Of a stretch of 62,943 bases of DNA, positions 40,635-50,301 are shown in pieces. The translations under genes and the position numbers were made by a program. Under the pieces are notes generated by a model that was given only the letters and a program-made list of their open reading frames with translations, was not told the origin of the DNA and did not search any database. The stretch is taken from sequence record DRR723986_8408; one strand, given 5' to 3'. The stretch's first letter is position 1. Every line of letters starts with the position of its first letter.

Positions 40635-41996
40635 CTATTTCTTGGGCTTTGCGAGAACACGCTGGAGTTCTTGGAGGCTGGTGAGGCCGGTGGCGACGGA
40701 GAGTACGCCTTCTTCCTGGAAGGAAAGGAAGCCGTGCTTCTTGGCGACCTGAGCAACGTACGCCGGGTCAGGCTTGGTCAAGATGGCTTTGCGAATCTCA
40801 TCGTTGACGGTCAGCAATTCGAAAATAGCTGCCCGACCAAAATAACCTCTTCCGTTGCATTTGTTGCAGATTTCGATCTCGATCGGCTTGCCGTTGGCAT
40901 CTACACGTTGCTCCGGTGGTGGTGGAATGAACGGTTGATACAAGTGCTGAACGCGTCCCGCAGGAATGCCAAGCTTCGCCAGTAATTGTGGCGATGGCTC
41001 AAACGGCTGGCGGCACTGCGTGCAAAGTCGTCGAACCAATCGTTGGTTGAGGACGCCGCAAGTTGCCTTGAGCATCTTCTTGGCCGACCCCTGGTATTTT
41101 GCCAGCAGCTTGATCAGGCCTTCGATAGCGTTGTTGGCTGAGATACGAGTGATCATGTAGCGATGTTCGGTCATGACTTCATCGCACATCAATTCAGCAA
41201 CTTCGGCACTTCCCAAATCTGGAAGGACCAAAGCATCGGGCTGCTTGAGGAGCAGACTCTTCAGCACCGTCATGGCGCTTTCACCAGCGGCGGGATCGAA
41301 AGTGTGCTTGGTGATGTTGATCAACTCGGGCTCATCGCTCTCGCTCGATTCGATAGCGTGAAAATCACGAACAAATCGATCCGCCGATTCCAGGCCAACT
41401 CGCCACGAAGTCGGTAGCCCTTGCCCAGGAGCACCGCTGAACAGGAAGATTGCGTCATCGCTGTTGAGCAACGCACGAAAATCCGCTTGCATCTTCTCAC
41501 GCATACCGAGGTCGGCTAGCGTGTTCAGAACAGGCTTCTTCGTGTCGATCTTAATCAGCACGCGTTCACCGGTCGCGACACCCTGACTGCTGAAATTAAG
41601 AATCCAATCATTGCCCTTGTACTTCATCGGAAGCTTGGCAGTTTGGCGATTCTTTCGATCTGCTGGATTCAGTCCGCCCAGCTTTTTCAGCACGACGAGC
41701 ACGCCATCACCGGTTGGACGATCCATGGGAGGCATGCCCTCCCACATTCCGTCGACTCGAAAGCGAATCGCAACGCCCTGCTGCGAATAGTCCATCAAAA
41801 TCTGGTCGGCCCGCGCGTCGATTGCCTGAGCAAGCAGCATGACTGCAGCAGGGTATTGTTCGACCGCTCGGCACGCGATCAGCACCCCCTGAGCTTCCTG
41901 GCTATTTTCGGCAACCGGCTTGAAATCCATCTCCGGCAACTGGGCAACTCCACCTGAAGCGGCCGCTTTGTCTTTCTTTTTCTTTCGTCGTAGCAT
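40635..41996 (-). CDS. GspE/PilB-family protein with degenerate ATPase motifs
   Basis: IRFRVDG, GERVLI, TLADLGM, LNQRLVRRLC..C, C..C.GRGYFGRAAIFELL, TSLQELQRV. Walker A reads GAPGQGLPT. Confidence 0.85.
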   Translation of the reverse strand: MLRRKKKKDKAAASGGVAQLPEMDFKPVAENSQEAQGVLIACRAVEQYPAAVMLLAQAIDARADQILMDYSQQGVAIRFRVDGMWEGMPPMDRPTGDGVLVVLKKLGGLNPADRKNRQTAKLPMKYKGNDWILNFSSQGVATGERVLIKIDTKKPVLNTLADLGMREKMQADFRALLNSDDAIFLFSGAPGQGLPTSWRVGLESADRFVRDFHAIESSESDEPELINITKHTFDPAAGESAMTVLKSLLLKQPDALVLPDLGSAEVAELMCDEVMTEHRYMITRISANNAIEGLIKLLAKYQGSAKKMLKATCGVLNQRLVRRLCTQCRQPFEPSPQLLAKLGIPAGRVQHLYQPFIPPPPEQRVDANGKPIEIEICNKCNGRGYFGRAAIFELLTVNDEIRKAILTKPDPAYVAQVAKKHGFLSFQEEGVLSVATGLTSLQELQRVLAKPKK

Positions 41997-42067
41997 CGAT
42001 TAACGCAAGCTTTTGTAAATTGGTGGAAAATTGCCTAAGAAGTTTGCAGAGCGAAATTGCGAAACAA

Positions 42068-43288
42068 CTAGATGATACCGGGCTGGCTGACCTCGATTCC
42101 CTTGAGCGCCATCTTGAGAGCATCTTTATTAGGAGCGACCGCAAACGCGGTTGGGCGATCGATGAGCTCTTGATCAATCAAACTCTTTAGACTCATCGTA
42201 AAGTCTTGCATGCCTTCAGCGGCACCGATACGAATCGCATCCGGCAGTTTCGAATCATGCCCCTCAAGCGTCAGCTTTTGAATCATTGGTGTGAAGGTCA
42301 TGATCTCAACCGTAGGCACTCGACCAACACCGGGCTTGATGGATTTCAGCAGCTTTTGCGCGACGATGCCCTTCATGTTGAAGGCGATCGCAGACCGAAT
42401 TGCGCCGTGCATTTCCTCGGGGAACAAGTCCAAGATACGGCCGATGGTTGTTGGAGCACTGGAGGCGTGAATCGTTCCAAAAACCAAGTGACCGGTTTCC
42501 GCGGCGTGAATGGCCGTCATGAACGTTTCCTGGTCCCGCATTTCTCCAACTAGGATGATGTCCGGATCTTCCCGAACAGCGTGTTTCATCCCGATCTCAA
42601 AGTCCTTGACGTCGTCGCCAATTTCTCGCTGATTGATCAAGCACTTGTCTTCGGTGAAAACGAATTCGATCGGGTCTTCGAGCGTAAGGATGTGTTTACT
42701 GTAGATCGAATTGATGTAGTTCAGCATACTGCCGATACTAGTACTTTTCCCTGAACCGGTAACACCGGCCAAGAGAATCATCCCTTGATCGTAGTGGCAC
42801 AGTTTTTCGATCGAATCGGGAAGATACAGTCCTTGGAACGGCGGGATAAAGTTGTTCACTCGCCGGGCGACCAAGCCGATCTTGCCCAATTGTTTGAGCA
42901 TGTTCACACGGAATCGCCAGTTCACACCGTCGACTTTCACCACGTAGGCAAAGTCAGCACCGCCGTCTTCTTCAAAGATTCTGCGGTTCCGAGCGTCCAG
43001 CATTGGTACCAGCAATCGCACCATTTCTTCGTTGTCGATTTCCGGCCGGTTGAGTGGCTTGAGCGTGCCGTTCACGCGAACGATCGGTGGTCGACCGACC
43101 TTCATGTGCAAGTCGGAGCCCTCGAGTTTCACCAGAGCGCGGAAGATCTTGTCGACTTCCAGTTCCTGCTTTTCTTTGAGCAGGTTGCCGACCAATTTGT
43201 CCATTGCTGCACTGGTTTCAGCGTCATGCGATTCTACAGTCGCCATCGCGAGATCCTCTGAAGAAGAAGGTCTGTTTATTTCTTGCAA
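42068..43288 (-). CDS. pilT: PilT/PilU-family type IV pilus ATPase
   Basis: GSDLH, RFRVN, GVTGSGKST, LEDPIE, REDPDIILVGEMRD, AAETGHLVFGTIH, AIRS. Confidence 0.92.
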   Translation of the reverse strand: MQEINRPSSSEDLAMATVESHDAETSAAMDKLVGNLLKEKQELEVDKIFRALVKLEGSDLHMKVGRPPIVRVNGTLKPLNRPEIDNEEMVRLLVPMLDARNRRIFEEDGGADFAYVVKVDGVNWRFRVNMLKQLGKIGLVARRVNNFIPPFQGLYLPDSIEKLCHYDQGMILLAGVTGSGKSTSIGSMLNYINSIYSKHILTLEDPIEFVFTEDKCLINQREIGDDVKDFEIGMKHAVREDPDIILVGEMRDQETFMTAIHAAETGHLVFGTIHASSAPTTIGRILDLFPEEMHGAIRSAIAFNMKGIVAQKLLKSIKPGVGRVPTVEIMTFTPMIQKLTLEGHDSKLPDAIRIGAAEGMQDFTMSLKSLIDQELIDRPTAFAVAPNKDALKMALKGIEVSQPGII

Positions 43289-43405
43289 GTTGCCCGGTGG
43301 ACACTGCTCATTTCTGCATGGGCAAGTGCGACCCGAAGGCTTGCATGTTGATAAGTTCGCCGCCGTTGGTTGGGCCGTTTATCGGCCCGCGGACGTGAAA
43401 GGCAC

Positions 43406-44173
43406 TTACAGCCGAACCGGAATGCCGCGGTCAGCCATAATTCGCTTCGTCTCTTCTATTGTATACTCGCCGAAGTGAAAAATACTTGCCGCCAGGGCCG
43501 CATCAGCTTTTCCAAGCAAGATTGCGTCGGCCAGATGATCTGGGGAGCCTGCACCGCCACTGGCAACAACTGGAATGCTGACCGCATCGCTGACCGCTGA
43601 CGTGATCTCGACGTCATAGCCATCTTTGGTTCCGTCACAATCCATACTGGTGAGTACGATTTCGCCGGCCCCAAGTTCTTCGATTCGCTTGGCCCAAGGC
43701 ACCGCAGCAAGACCTGTCGGCGTGCGGCCGCCGTGAATGTGGACTTCCCATACTTCACCGCCGTCATGCTGCGTCCGCTTGGGGTCAATATTGACCACGA
43801 TGCACTGACTGCCGAATCGATCCGCCGCCTTGGCCACGAAGTCGGGATCTTTCACCGCTGCGGTGTTGATTGACACTTTGTCACAACCGGCGTTCAGCAG
43901 ATTACGAATGTCGTCCAGATCGCGAATTCCGCCGCCAACGGTCAGAGGCATGAACACCTGCTCTGCAGTCCGGCGGACCACGTCCAGCATGATGTTTCGA
44001 TCATCGCTACTGGCGGTAATGTCCAGGAAGACGAGCTCGTCGGCACCCTCGCGTTCGTACCGCGACGCAACTTCGACCGGATCTCCGGCGTCTCGAAGAT
44101 TTACGAAGTTCGTGCCCTTCACGACGCGACCATTGTCAACGTCCAAGCAAGGAATGACGCGCTTAGCCAACAT
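43406..44173 (-). CDS. hisF: imidazole glycerol phosphate synthase subunit HisF
   Basis: [48 protein letters not shown] (ORF-track start 44224). Confidence 0.97.
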   Translation of the reverse strand: MLAKRVIPCLDVDNGRVVKGTNFVNLRDAGDPVEVASRYEREGADELVFLDITASSDDRNIMLDVVRRTAEQVFMPLTVGGGIRDLDDIRNLLNAGCDKVSINTAAVKDPDFVAKAADRFGSQCIVVNIDPKRTQHDGGEVWEVHIHGGRTPTGLAAVPWAKRIEELGAGEIVLTSMDCDGTKDGYDVEITSAVSDAVSIPVVASGGAGSPDHLADAILLGKADAALAASIFHFGEYTIEETKRIMADRGIPVRL

Positions 44174-44553
44174 AAAGGAATCGCCGAAAAAGTGGGGGGA
44201 GCGGTTAGTTGCCGCGCTCAGCAAGGTCTCACTGCAAGTTGTCAGGCAGGCTGCTTGTCAGGGAGTCTGCACGACGCGACACAGACGATTCTACCGCCTG
44301 CCCCATCAGGTCGACCAGTCGTGCCGGGCCAATATTGCAAGGCCAGCGATATCGCGAATCGAGCTGAAACAATTCATTCGGCCCGCTGCGAAGAACAACA
44401 GACGCACTGATGGAGTGTTGCACTACGAAATACGGGCTCGAGGTAACCCCAAGCCCGTACGCTAAGATCGTGTGTACTCACTGGCGGCCACGCTCGTTCA
44501 AGAATGCCGTTTACATTCGTCAACTGAGCAATCGCCCCCCGGAATTATGTCCG

Positions 44554-45336
44554 CTAGAAGTTAAACGGGTCGTCGCCACCGAATGGATCGGCAGGAGCGT
44601 CGCCGGCGGGAGTGTCGGCCGCTGGTGTATCGCCGCCGAACGGATCCGCAGGTGAGTCGCCAAACGCAGGGGCATCACTGCCGAATGGATCGTCCGCAGC
44701 GGGTGCAGGAGTGTCGCCGAATGGATCGTCAGCGGCTGGCTCCGGATCGTCGCCAAATGGATCGCTGTTGGCGTCTGCTGGCTGAGTTGCTGGTGTGCCT
44801 GCTTCTGCGGCTGGCTTCTTGTTTGGCGAAGTCATGCTGCCAAACGGATCTTCTTTGATCTCAGGAGCAACTGCCTGTGCGTCTGCTGCAGGCTGCGGAA
44901 TCGTCTTCGCGCGTTTCGCTTGGGCAGCTAATTGTTCGGTTCGCACCTGTACTCGTGCCAGGCGGCGTGCTTTCTCAATCTTGCCGCGAACACTACCTTG
45001 AATTCGCGTCAGCGCTTGGCCAACGTTGACGACCATGCGACCTTCCGCTTCCAGACGAGCGCCTTTGTCAAAATCAGCCGCTCCGTCGGAACCCTGCATT
45101 TCGCGTGCTAGCCCCAGGAAGTAGTGAACTCGCGGGTCCAAGGAACCGGATTCAGCCACCTGTGAAAGCTGCTGCTCAGCCATCATGTAATCATGGCCAT
45201 AATAGCTGTGAACCGCCGCTCCATAGAGCTCCATCATCGCGTTGCCACTTTGGGCTCGTGCCGCCGAAGGGGCCGAGATGATGGGAGCCGAAGCTACGGC
45301 TGCAACCAAGAGAATGATTCGTTTCAGTCGGGGCAT
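44554..45336 (-). CDS. exported protein with a TPR-like N-terminus and an acidic DPF-repeat tail
   Basis: Signal peptide, DPRVHYFLGLA TPR-like helix, and seven DPF motifs in a D/P/A/G-rich tail. Confidence 0.8.
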   Translation of the reverse strand: MPRLKRIILLVAAVASAPIISAPSAARAQSGNAMMELYGAAVHSYYGHDYMMAEQQLSQVAESGSLDPRVHYFLGLAREMQGSDGAADFDKGARLEAEGRMVVNVGQALTRIQGSVRGKIEKARRLARVQVRTEQLAAQAKRAKTIPQPAADAQAVAPEIKEDPFGSMTSPNKKPAAEAGTPATQPADANSDPFGDDPEPAADDPFGDTPAPAADDPFGSDAPAFGDSPADPFGGDTPAADTPAGDAPADPFGGDDPFNF

Positions 45337-45788
45337 TGCCCGGTCTCCTTAGCCAACTGGTTTGACAAGCACGGTGATCGCAGCCCAGCGGGCCACGCAC
45401 AGACAAGTTAGAACGGTAGCGGGCTAACCGTACTAATTCTTACGATAGTAGTCGACTCAGCCCCGCCGGACAAGAAATTCGCTGAAAAACATGCATCTCT
45501 GACCATGGCTTCACTCGGTCCATGCCGCAGACGCTGTCAGCCCCGGAAGGCAACGATTACGCCCAGAACCCGCCCCAAACGCCGCATTCATGTTAGTCAG
45601 CATGTCAGATTCATTCCCCGCACTGCCGATTGCCGCGGAACTACGCTACTTAGGCGGGGCGTGGCGGACTTTCTCGGTTGAGGTCGGCTGATTTTGGTCC
45701 ACTCCGCATCCGCAGCAATCAAGACTTCGCATCAACCAAGTTCCTGCACGCCACCAACTCCAACCAATTCAGCAACGGATTCACGAGC

Positions 45789-47117
45789 ATGTCCAAAGCA
45801 ATCATCGCTACCGCAAGCCTGGCTGTCTTCCTTTCGAGTGCTCTCCCCGCAGATGCCGCTGACACCGTCACGTTCCGAGGCGGCCAGGGAAGCGGTCTGC
45901 TTGGTTCGTCTCTCCCGAAGTCGTGGGGAAATGACAAAAACGTTCGGTGGGCAGTTGGTATTCCAGGTGGCGGTTGGTCCTCGCCCGTCGTCGCCAAGGA
46001 AAAGGTCTTCGTCACGACTGCAGTGTCACCCAACGGTGATTCCCCAAAGGGCTGGGGAGAAGGCGTTCAGATGATGGGCGACTTCTTTCGCAGCAAAGCT
46101 CCAAACCAACCATTCAGTTTCGAGGTCCACTGCTTGAGTTCGGCCGATGGTTCGACCCTTTGGAAAAAGCAAGTTACATCGCAGATTCCGCCTCACAAGA
46201 TCCATCCCTCCAACTCGTACGCAACCGAATCGCCGGTCACCGACGGTGAAAGGGTGTATGCCTACTTCGCTGCCGTCGGTACGGTCGCGGCTCTTAACTT
46301 GGACGGCGAGATACTCTGGTCCCGTGAACTCGGCGCCTACAAGACCGCCACAGATTTCGGGACCGGCAGTGCTCTGGCCCTGCACGACGGCAAAGTTTTC
46401 GTCCAATGTGACAACGAAGAGAGCTCGTTCGTCTGTGCTCTCGATGCAGCGACCGGCAAAGACGTGTGGCGCGACGACCGGGGCCGGGGAACCAGTTGGA
46501 GCTCGCCAGTCGTCTGGAACAATCCGCAACGGTCTGAGTTGATCGTCTGCGGTCCTGGAAACGTAACCAGCTACGCGCCTGCTTCCGGCGAAGTGCTTTG
46601 GAAACTAACCAACGTCGGCGGCGCCTTCACCGCTTCCCCAACCTTCGATGATGACCGCCTGTACATTGGGCGAAGCGGCCGGAACAACCGAGGTCCCTTG
46701 ATCGGCATCAACGTTGGGGCCACCGGAGAATTCACAACAAAAGACATCGGGGATGGGCAAGTTACCTGGGTTGAGAACAACGCTGGTCCCGGCATGTGTT
46801 CCCCCATCGTGGTTGATGGACGCGTCTATGTGTTGAGTCGCGGTATCTTGACCTGTCACGATGCAGCAACTGGCAAAAAGATCTACAAATCGCGGATGAA
46901 GAATTCCTCAAGTGTAACGGCGTCACTGTGGGCCGACGGCGCAAACGTTTTTGCTCTCAACGAAGACGGAACGACCTCAGCGGTGAAGGTTGGCGACGAA
47001 TTTGAGGTCGAAACGACTAGCTCGATTGACGGTCTTTTCTGGTCCACGCCCTCAGCAACCGATTCGTCACTACTGATTCGAAGCGCAGACAAACTCTACT
47101 GCATTGGAAATGAGTAG
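45789..47117 (+). CDS. PQQ-binding-like beta-propeller protein (BamB-like)
   Basis: FRG..G.G, GWSSPVV, NSYATESPVTDG, repeated DAATGK..W (ORF-track start 45678). Confidence 0.9.
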   Translation: MSKAIIATASLAVFLSSALPADAADTVTFRGGQGSGLLGSSLPKSWGNDKNVRWAVGIPGGGWSSPVVAKEKVFVTTAVSPNGDSPKGWGEGVQMMGDFFRSKAPNQPFSFEVHCLSSADGSTLWKKQVTSQIPPHKIHPSNSYATESPVTDGERVYAYFAAVGTVAALNLDGEILWSRELGAYKTATDFGTGSALALHDGKVFVQCDNEESSFVCALDAATGKDVWRDDRGRGTSWSSPVVWNNPQRSELIVCGPGNVTSYAPASGEVLWKLTNVGGAFTASPTFDDDRLYIGRSGRNNRGPLIGINVGATGEFTTKDIGDGQVTWVENNAGPGMCSPIVVDGRVYVLSRGILTCHDAATGKKIYKSRMKNSSSVTASLWADGANVFALNEDGTTSAVKVGDEFEVETTSSIDGLFWSTPSATDSSLLIRSADKLYCIGNE

Positions 47118-47160
47118 TCGATTTGCTTCTGCCGTCGGTTAATTGGCCTGCAGAAGGCCA

Positions 47161-48816
47161 CTAGCGGTCTTCGGCAAGCAGCGACTGTCTCTCCGATGCG
47201 ACCATCCGCTCGTACTGCTGAAGGCGTTCGGGGCGGTCCAGCCGCCGTAAGTTTTCCGCTAGCATCACGTTGTCGGCCACTCGCAGGAATCGTTCATACT
47301 GAGCACGCGTCGCCTGTTCGTCCGGACGGTTTTCCTGTGCACGTTTGTCACTAAGGAATTTCTTGTACTGCGAGTGCCCCGTGATCGCTTTGACAAACTC
47401 TGAACTTCGCGATGTGACAAGCTCGATGCTCACGGGGTTCATCGTATTGGCAAGCTCTGGCCATCGCCTGCGCATGTCACTTGCAATGCGGTTCTTGGCG
47501 GCGGACGAGGAAGAGCTTCGCCGCCTGCGACGGTTCTCCTGAGTTTTTTCCCAGGCATCGACCAGTCGCCGCTCTCCGGAGAGTTTCAGCTTCTTCGATA
47601 GTCTCTCGAGCACGACCCTTTGAACGGGCGAAGCGTAACGCAGCACCAGGCTGTAATCCTCATCGTTGTTGTATAGTCGACGCTGCGGATCGGAGTCATC
47701 ATCCTTGTTGTTTGCAAATCGGCTCACCTCACTTAAGAATTCACCTGAGGTCTTAACGGGAACGTCTATCGTGTCTGCATTGAGCACGGTGTAGGCATGA
47801 GCTTCTTCCAGCGAAACTTTGCCGTCGCCATCATAGTCCGGTCGTTCAATCACCTTGCCAAGTCGGTCGCGACCGGAAACTGCCGCCCAGAAGTAGGTGC
47901 TGTACTCGACGTAGTCAGCCTCGTCCACGCTTGGCGTGCAACCTGCCGCGGGACGATCGTGGACAGTGGCAAAGAAACCAATCCTGCTTTGTGGCGCTAG
48001 CCCCTTCGACGGATCGCCACCGGTGAACATCATGTGTGAAAAACCTCCGGTGTAACACTGCACCATCACGACGACCACGCTTGACTGCGGATCCAGAGTA
48101 TCAAGCAGTTTCGCGAACTCAGTCATGCGGATCTTGGTGTTGCCCCACATCGCGATTGTTGTTTCATAGTCATTGTCTTTGTCTCGGCTGCCGTTGCCGT
48201 GAGCAGTGACGTAGATAGTCAACTGATCGCCAGCGCCAATGTGCGGTCCAACTTCCGTAAACCAGGCCTTCAGATTGTCTGGAGTCGATGCGTCGCGAAC
48301 GTCAGGCACTTGGTGATTGCGATAAGTTAGCCCAAGGTCTCGCGTGCTTCCGAAGAACTCAGCCATCAACCGATTTGCTTCGGGAAGGGCCGCGATATCG
48401 TGCACTTGCAAGTCTTTCTTGGGCGATCGGCCGTCCGCAAATAGAACGTCGTGCCGGACCGTTTGCCTATTTTTCCCCGAATCTCCATTACTCGGGCCTG
48501 AATCAGTCGGGGCTCCATCACTCGAATCTCCATCACTCGACTGCACCGAAGAGCCCAGTGATGAACCCGTTGCCGAGGAACGCGCTGTTGCAGAATTCTG
48601 AGCATGAGCCGACAGAACTCGATTGAACAAGAGCACGTTCTTCTCGAGCGATGCCTGATTTCCGCTCGGAGCGTACCCACCTCCGATCGTTAACACATAC
48701 TGATCAGCAACGGCGTGGCGGTCGGTCGCAAGTGTCAGAATGCATGAAAACGTCACTGACGTGAGCAGCGGCGTGAATCGTGGAAAGTTGAGCATGTCGG
48801 TTGGTTTATGAGTCAT
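47161..48816 (-). CDS. exported caspase/legumain-like (clan CD) cysteine peptidase-like protein
   Basis: Hydrophobic strand followed by YVTAHG, then VVMVQCYTGGF (a His-Cys dyad pattern). EF-hand-like DYDGDGKVSLEE. Confidence 0.65.
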   Translation of the reverse strand: MTHKPTDMLNFPRFTPLLTSVTFSCILTLATDRHAVADQYVLTIGGGYAPSGNQASLEKNVLLFNRVLSAHAQNSATARSSATGSSLGSSVQSSDGDSSDGAPTDSGPSNGDSGKNRQTVRHDVLFADGRSPKKDLQVHDIAALPEANRLMAEFFGSTRDLGLTYRNHQVPDVRDASTPDNLKAWFTEVGPHIGAGDQLTIYVTAHGNGSRDKDNDYETTIAMWGNTKIRMTEFAKLLDTLDPQSSVVVVMVQCYTGGFSHMMFTGGDPSKGLAPQSRIGFFATVHDRPAAGCTPSVDEADYVEYSTYFWAAVSGRDRLGKVIERPDYDGDGKVSLEEAHAYTVLNADTIDVPVKTSGEFLSEVSRFANNKDDDSDPQRRLYNNDEDYSLVLRYASPVQRVVLERLSKKLKLSGERRLVDAWEKTQENRRRRRSSSSSAAKNRIASDMRRRWPELANTMNPVSIELVTSRSSEFVKAITGHSQYKKFLSDKRAQENRPDEQATRAQYERFLRVADNVMLAENLRRLDRPERLQQYERMVASERQSLLAEDR

Positions 48817-49169
48817 TGGTGGGGCTTAGTTGAAAAGCATGGGCAGAGCGACAGCACTACACGACGGTACCACACAGCGGCACTGCCGCGCGGACAGCGT
48901 CTTTGGGGACCGCAACTGTCTCGGCGAATTTTGTGCGATTCTTGCGACCAGAATGGCTGTGTCTGGTGCCTATACTATTGCCTGCAGTGCAGTCGACAAA
49001 CAAGTGATATAAACACTTTTCGTCCGCAAACGGATCGCGCAGGAGTCTGGCTTTCGATTTCGTCAGCTTGAGGCGGCGTCCGCATGGTTTTCGACACACT
49101 ATCCGGCGTGGCGCAGATTTACGAACCAGGCATACAAACGAAAATCACCCCAACATAAAACAAGGGTCA

Positions 49170-49520
49170 ATGTCGACTAGCAGTAACGAAACGAGTGACC
49201 GAGCTCAGCCGCCGGTAATTGTAAATGACCCGGAGGGAAGATGGATTGCTCGCTGCACGACCTGTGCGGATTCATTCGACCTGGAGTCGCTCGGATGGAG
49301 GCGGATTGGTGCAGCTTCGTGGGGGAAACGAAGTTCGATGAACTGCCCAACCTGTCAGCAGGCGAGGATTATGGCGATTGTGCATCACGATCGCTACGGA
49401 CGACCGGATCAACCGCTGAGCTTCGTTCTCAAACGTGTCCTGACGATTCAAGCCATTGTTTGGAGCGTACTCGGAGTAATCGGGCTAGTTGCTTTCCTCC
49501 TAGTGAGCGTGTTTCTTTAG
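49170..49520 (+). CDS. small Zn-ribbon protein with C-terminal TM helix
   Basis: CTTC...CPTC and a hydrophobic C-terminus (ORF-track start 49068). Confidence 0.7.
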   Translation: MSTSSNETSDRAQPPVIVNDPEGRWIARCTTCADSFDLESLGWRRIGAASWGKRSSMNCPTCQQARIMAIVHHDRYGRPDQPLSFVLKRVLTIQAIVWSVLGVIGLVAFLLVSVFL

Positions 49521-49548
49521 CGTACCAGTCAGACTTCAGGAGGAGCAC

Positions 49549-50301
49549 TTGGAGATTCGAGTTGAAGGACTGGGACGCAAGTTCCCAGGGAAACAGTGGG
49601 CGCTGCAGGACGTTTCGTTTTCGCTGAATCCTGGCATCGCTTGCGTCTTGGGCGAGAACGGTGCCGGCAAGTCGACGCTACTTAAGGTTCTTGCCTCACA
49701 AATACTGCCGAGTACCGGTCAAGTGTTCTTCGGCGACCGCCTGCTTCGCCAGGCTGCCATCAGCCTTCGACGTAAATCAATGTTTATTGAAGAGCCCAAG
49801 CGACTAGTCTTGCCGCCACTCCAGTTTCTGACGCGGATGGCCAGCGATTACAATTTTACGCATCCCGGGGCTGAGGATTTGTTCGTTGACGCCATGAAGC
49901 GATTCGAGGTGCTTGAGCTGCTCGACAAACGTTTGAGCGAGTGCTCGAAGGGCCAACGTGCAAGAGTTGCCTTAGCTGGATTGATTGCCGTCGCTCCTCC
50001 GATCTGGCTGCTGGATGAACCGTTCGCTTGGGGCTTGGATGCTCACGGGGTGCAGCAGCTTGAGAAAGCGATGCGCGAGCATGGCAAAAACGGAGGCGTC
50101 GTTCTCTTCACTTCGCAGTGGCCACAGCACGCCCGACAATTAGCTGACTGGACCATCATCCTTCATCACGGCAAGCTCGCAGCCGCGGGAGCGACCAAGG
50201 AACTCAAGTTTGAAACACTTGCTGAAGAATCAGATTTGAGAGCCATACAGACCGCCTTCGCACAGGGCAGCCTAGCAAACAACACGCAGGTGGAAGAATG
50301 A
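49549..50301 (+). CDS. ABC transporter ATP-binding protein
   Basis: GENGAGKST, signature-like CSKGQ, LLDEP; TTG start after AGGAGG. Confidence 0.9.
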   Translation: MEIRVEGLGRKFPGKQWALQDVSFSLNPGIACVLGENGAGKSTLLKVLASQILPSTGQVFFGDRLLRQAAISLRRKSMFIEEPKRLVLPPLQFLTRMASDYNFTHPGAEDLFVDAMKRFEVLELLDKRLSECSKGQRARVALAGLIAVAPPIWLLDEPFAWGLDAHGVQQLEKAMREHGKNGGVVLFTSQWPQHARQLADWTIILHHGKLAAAGATKELKFETLAEESDLRAIQTAFAQGSLANNTQVEE

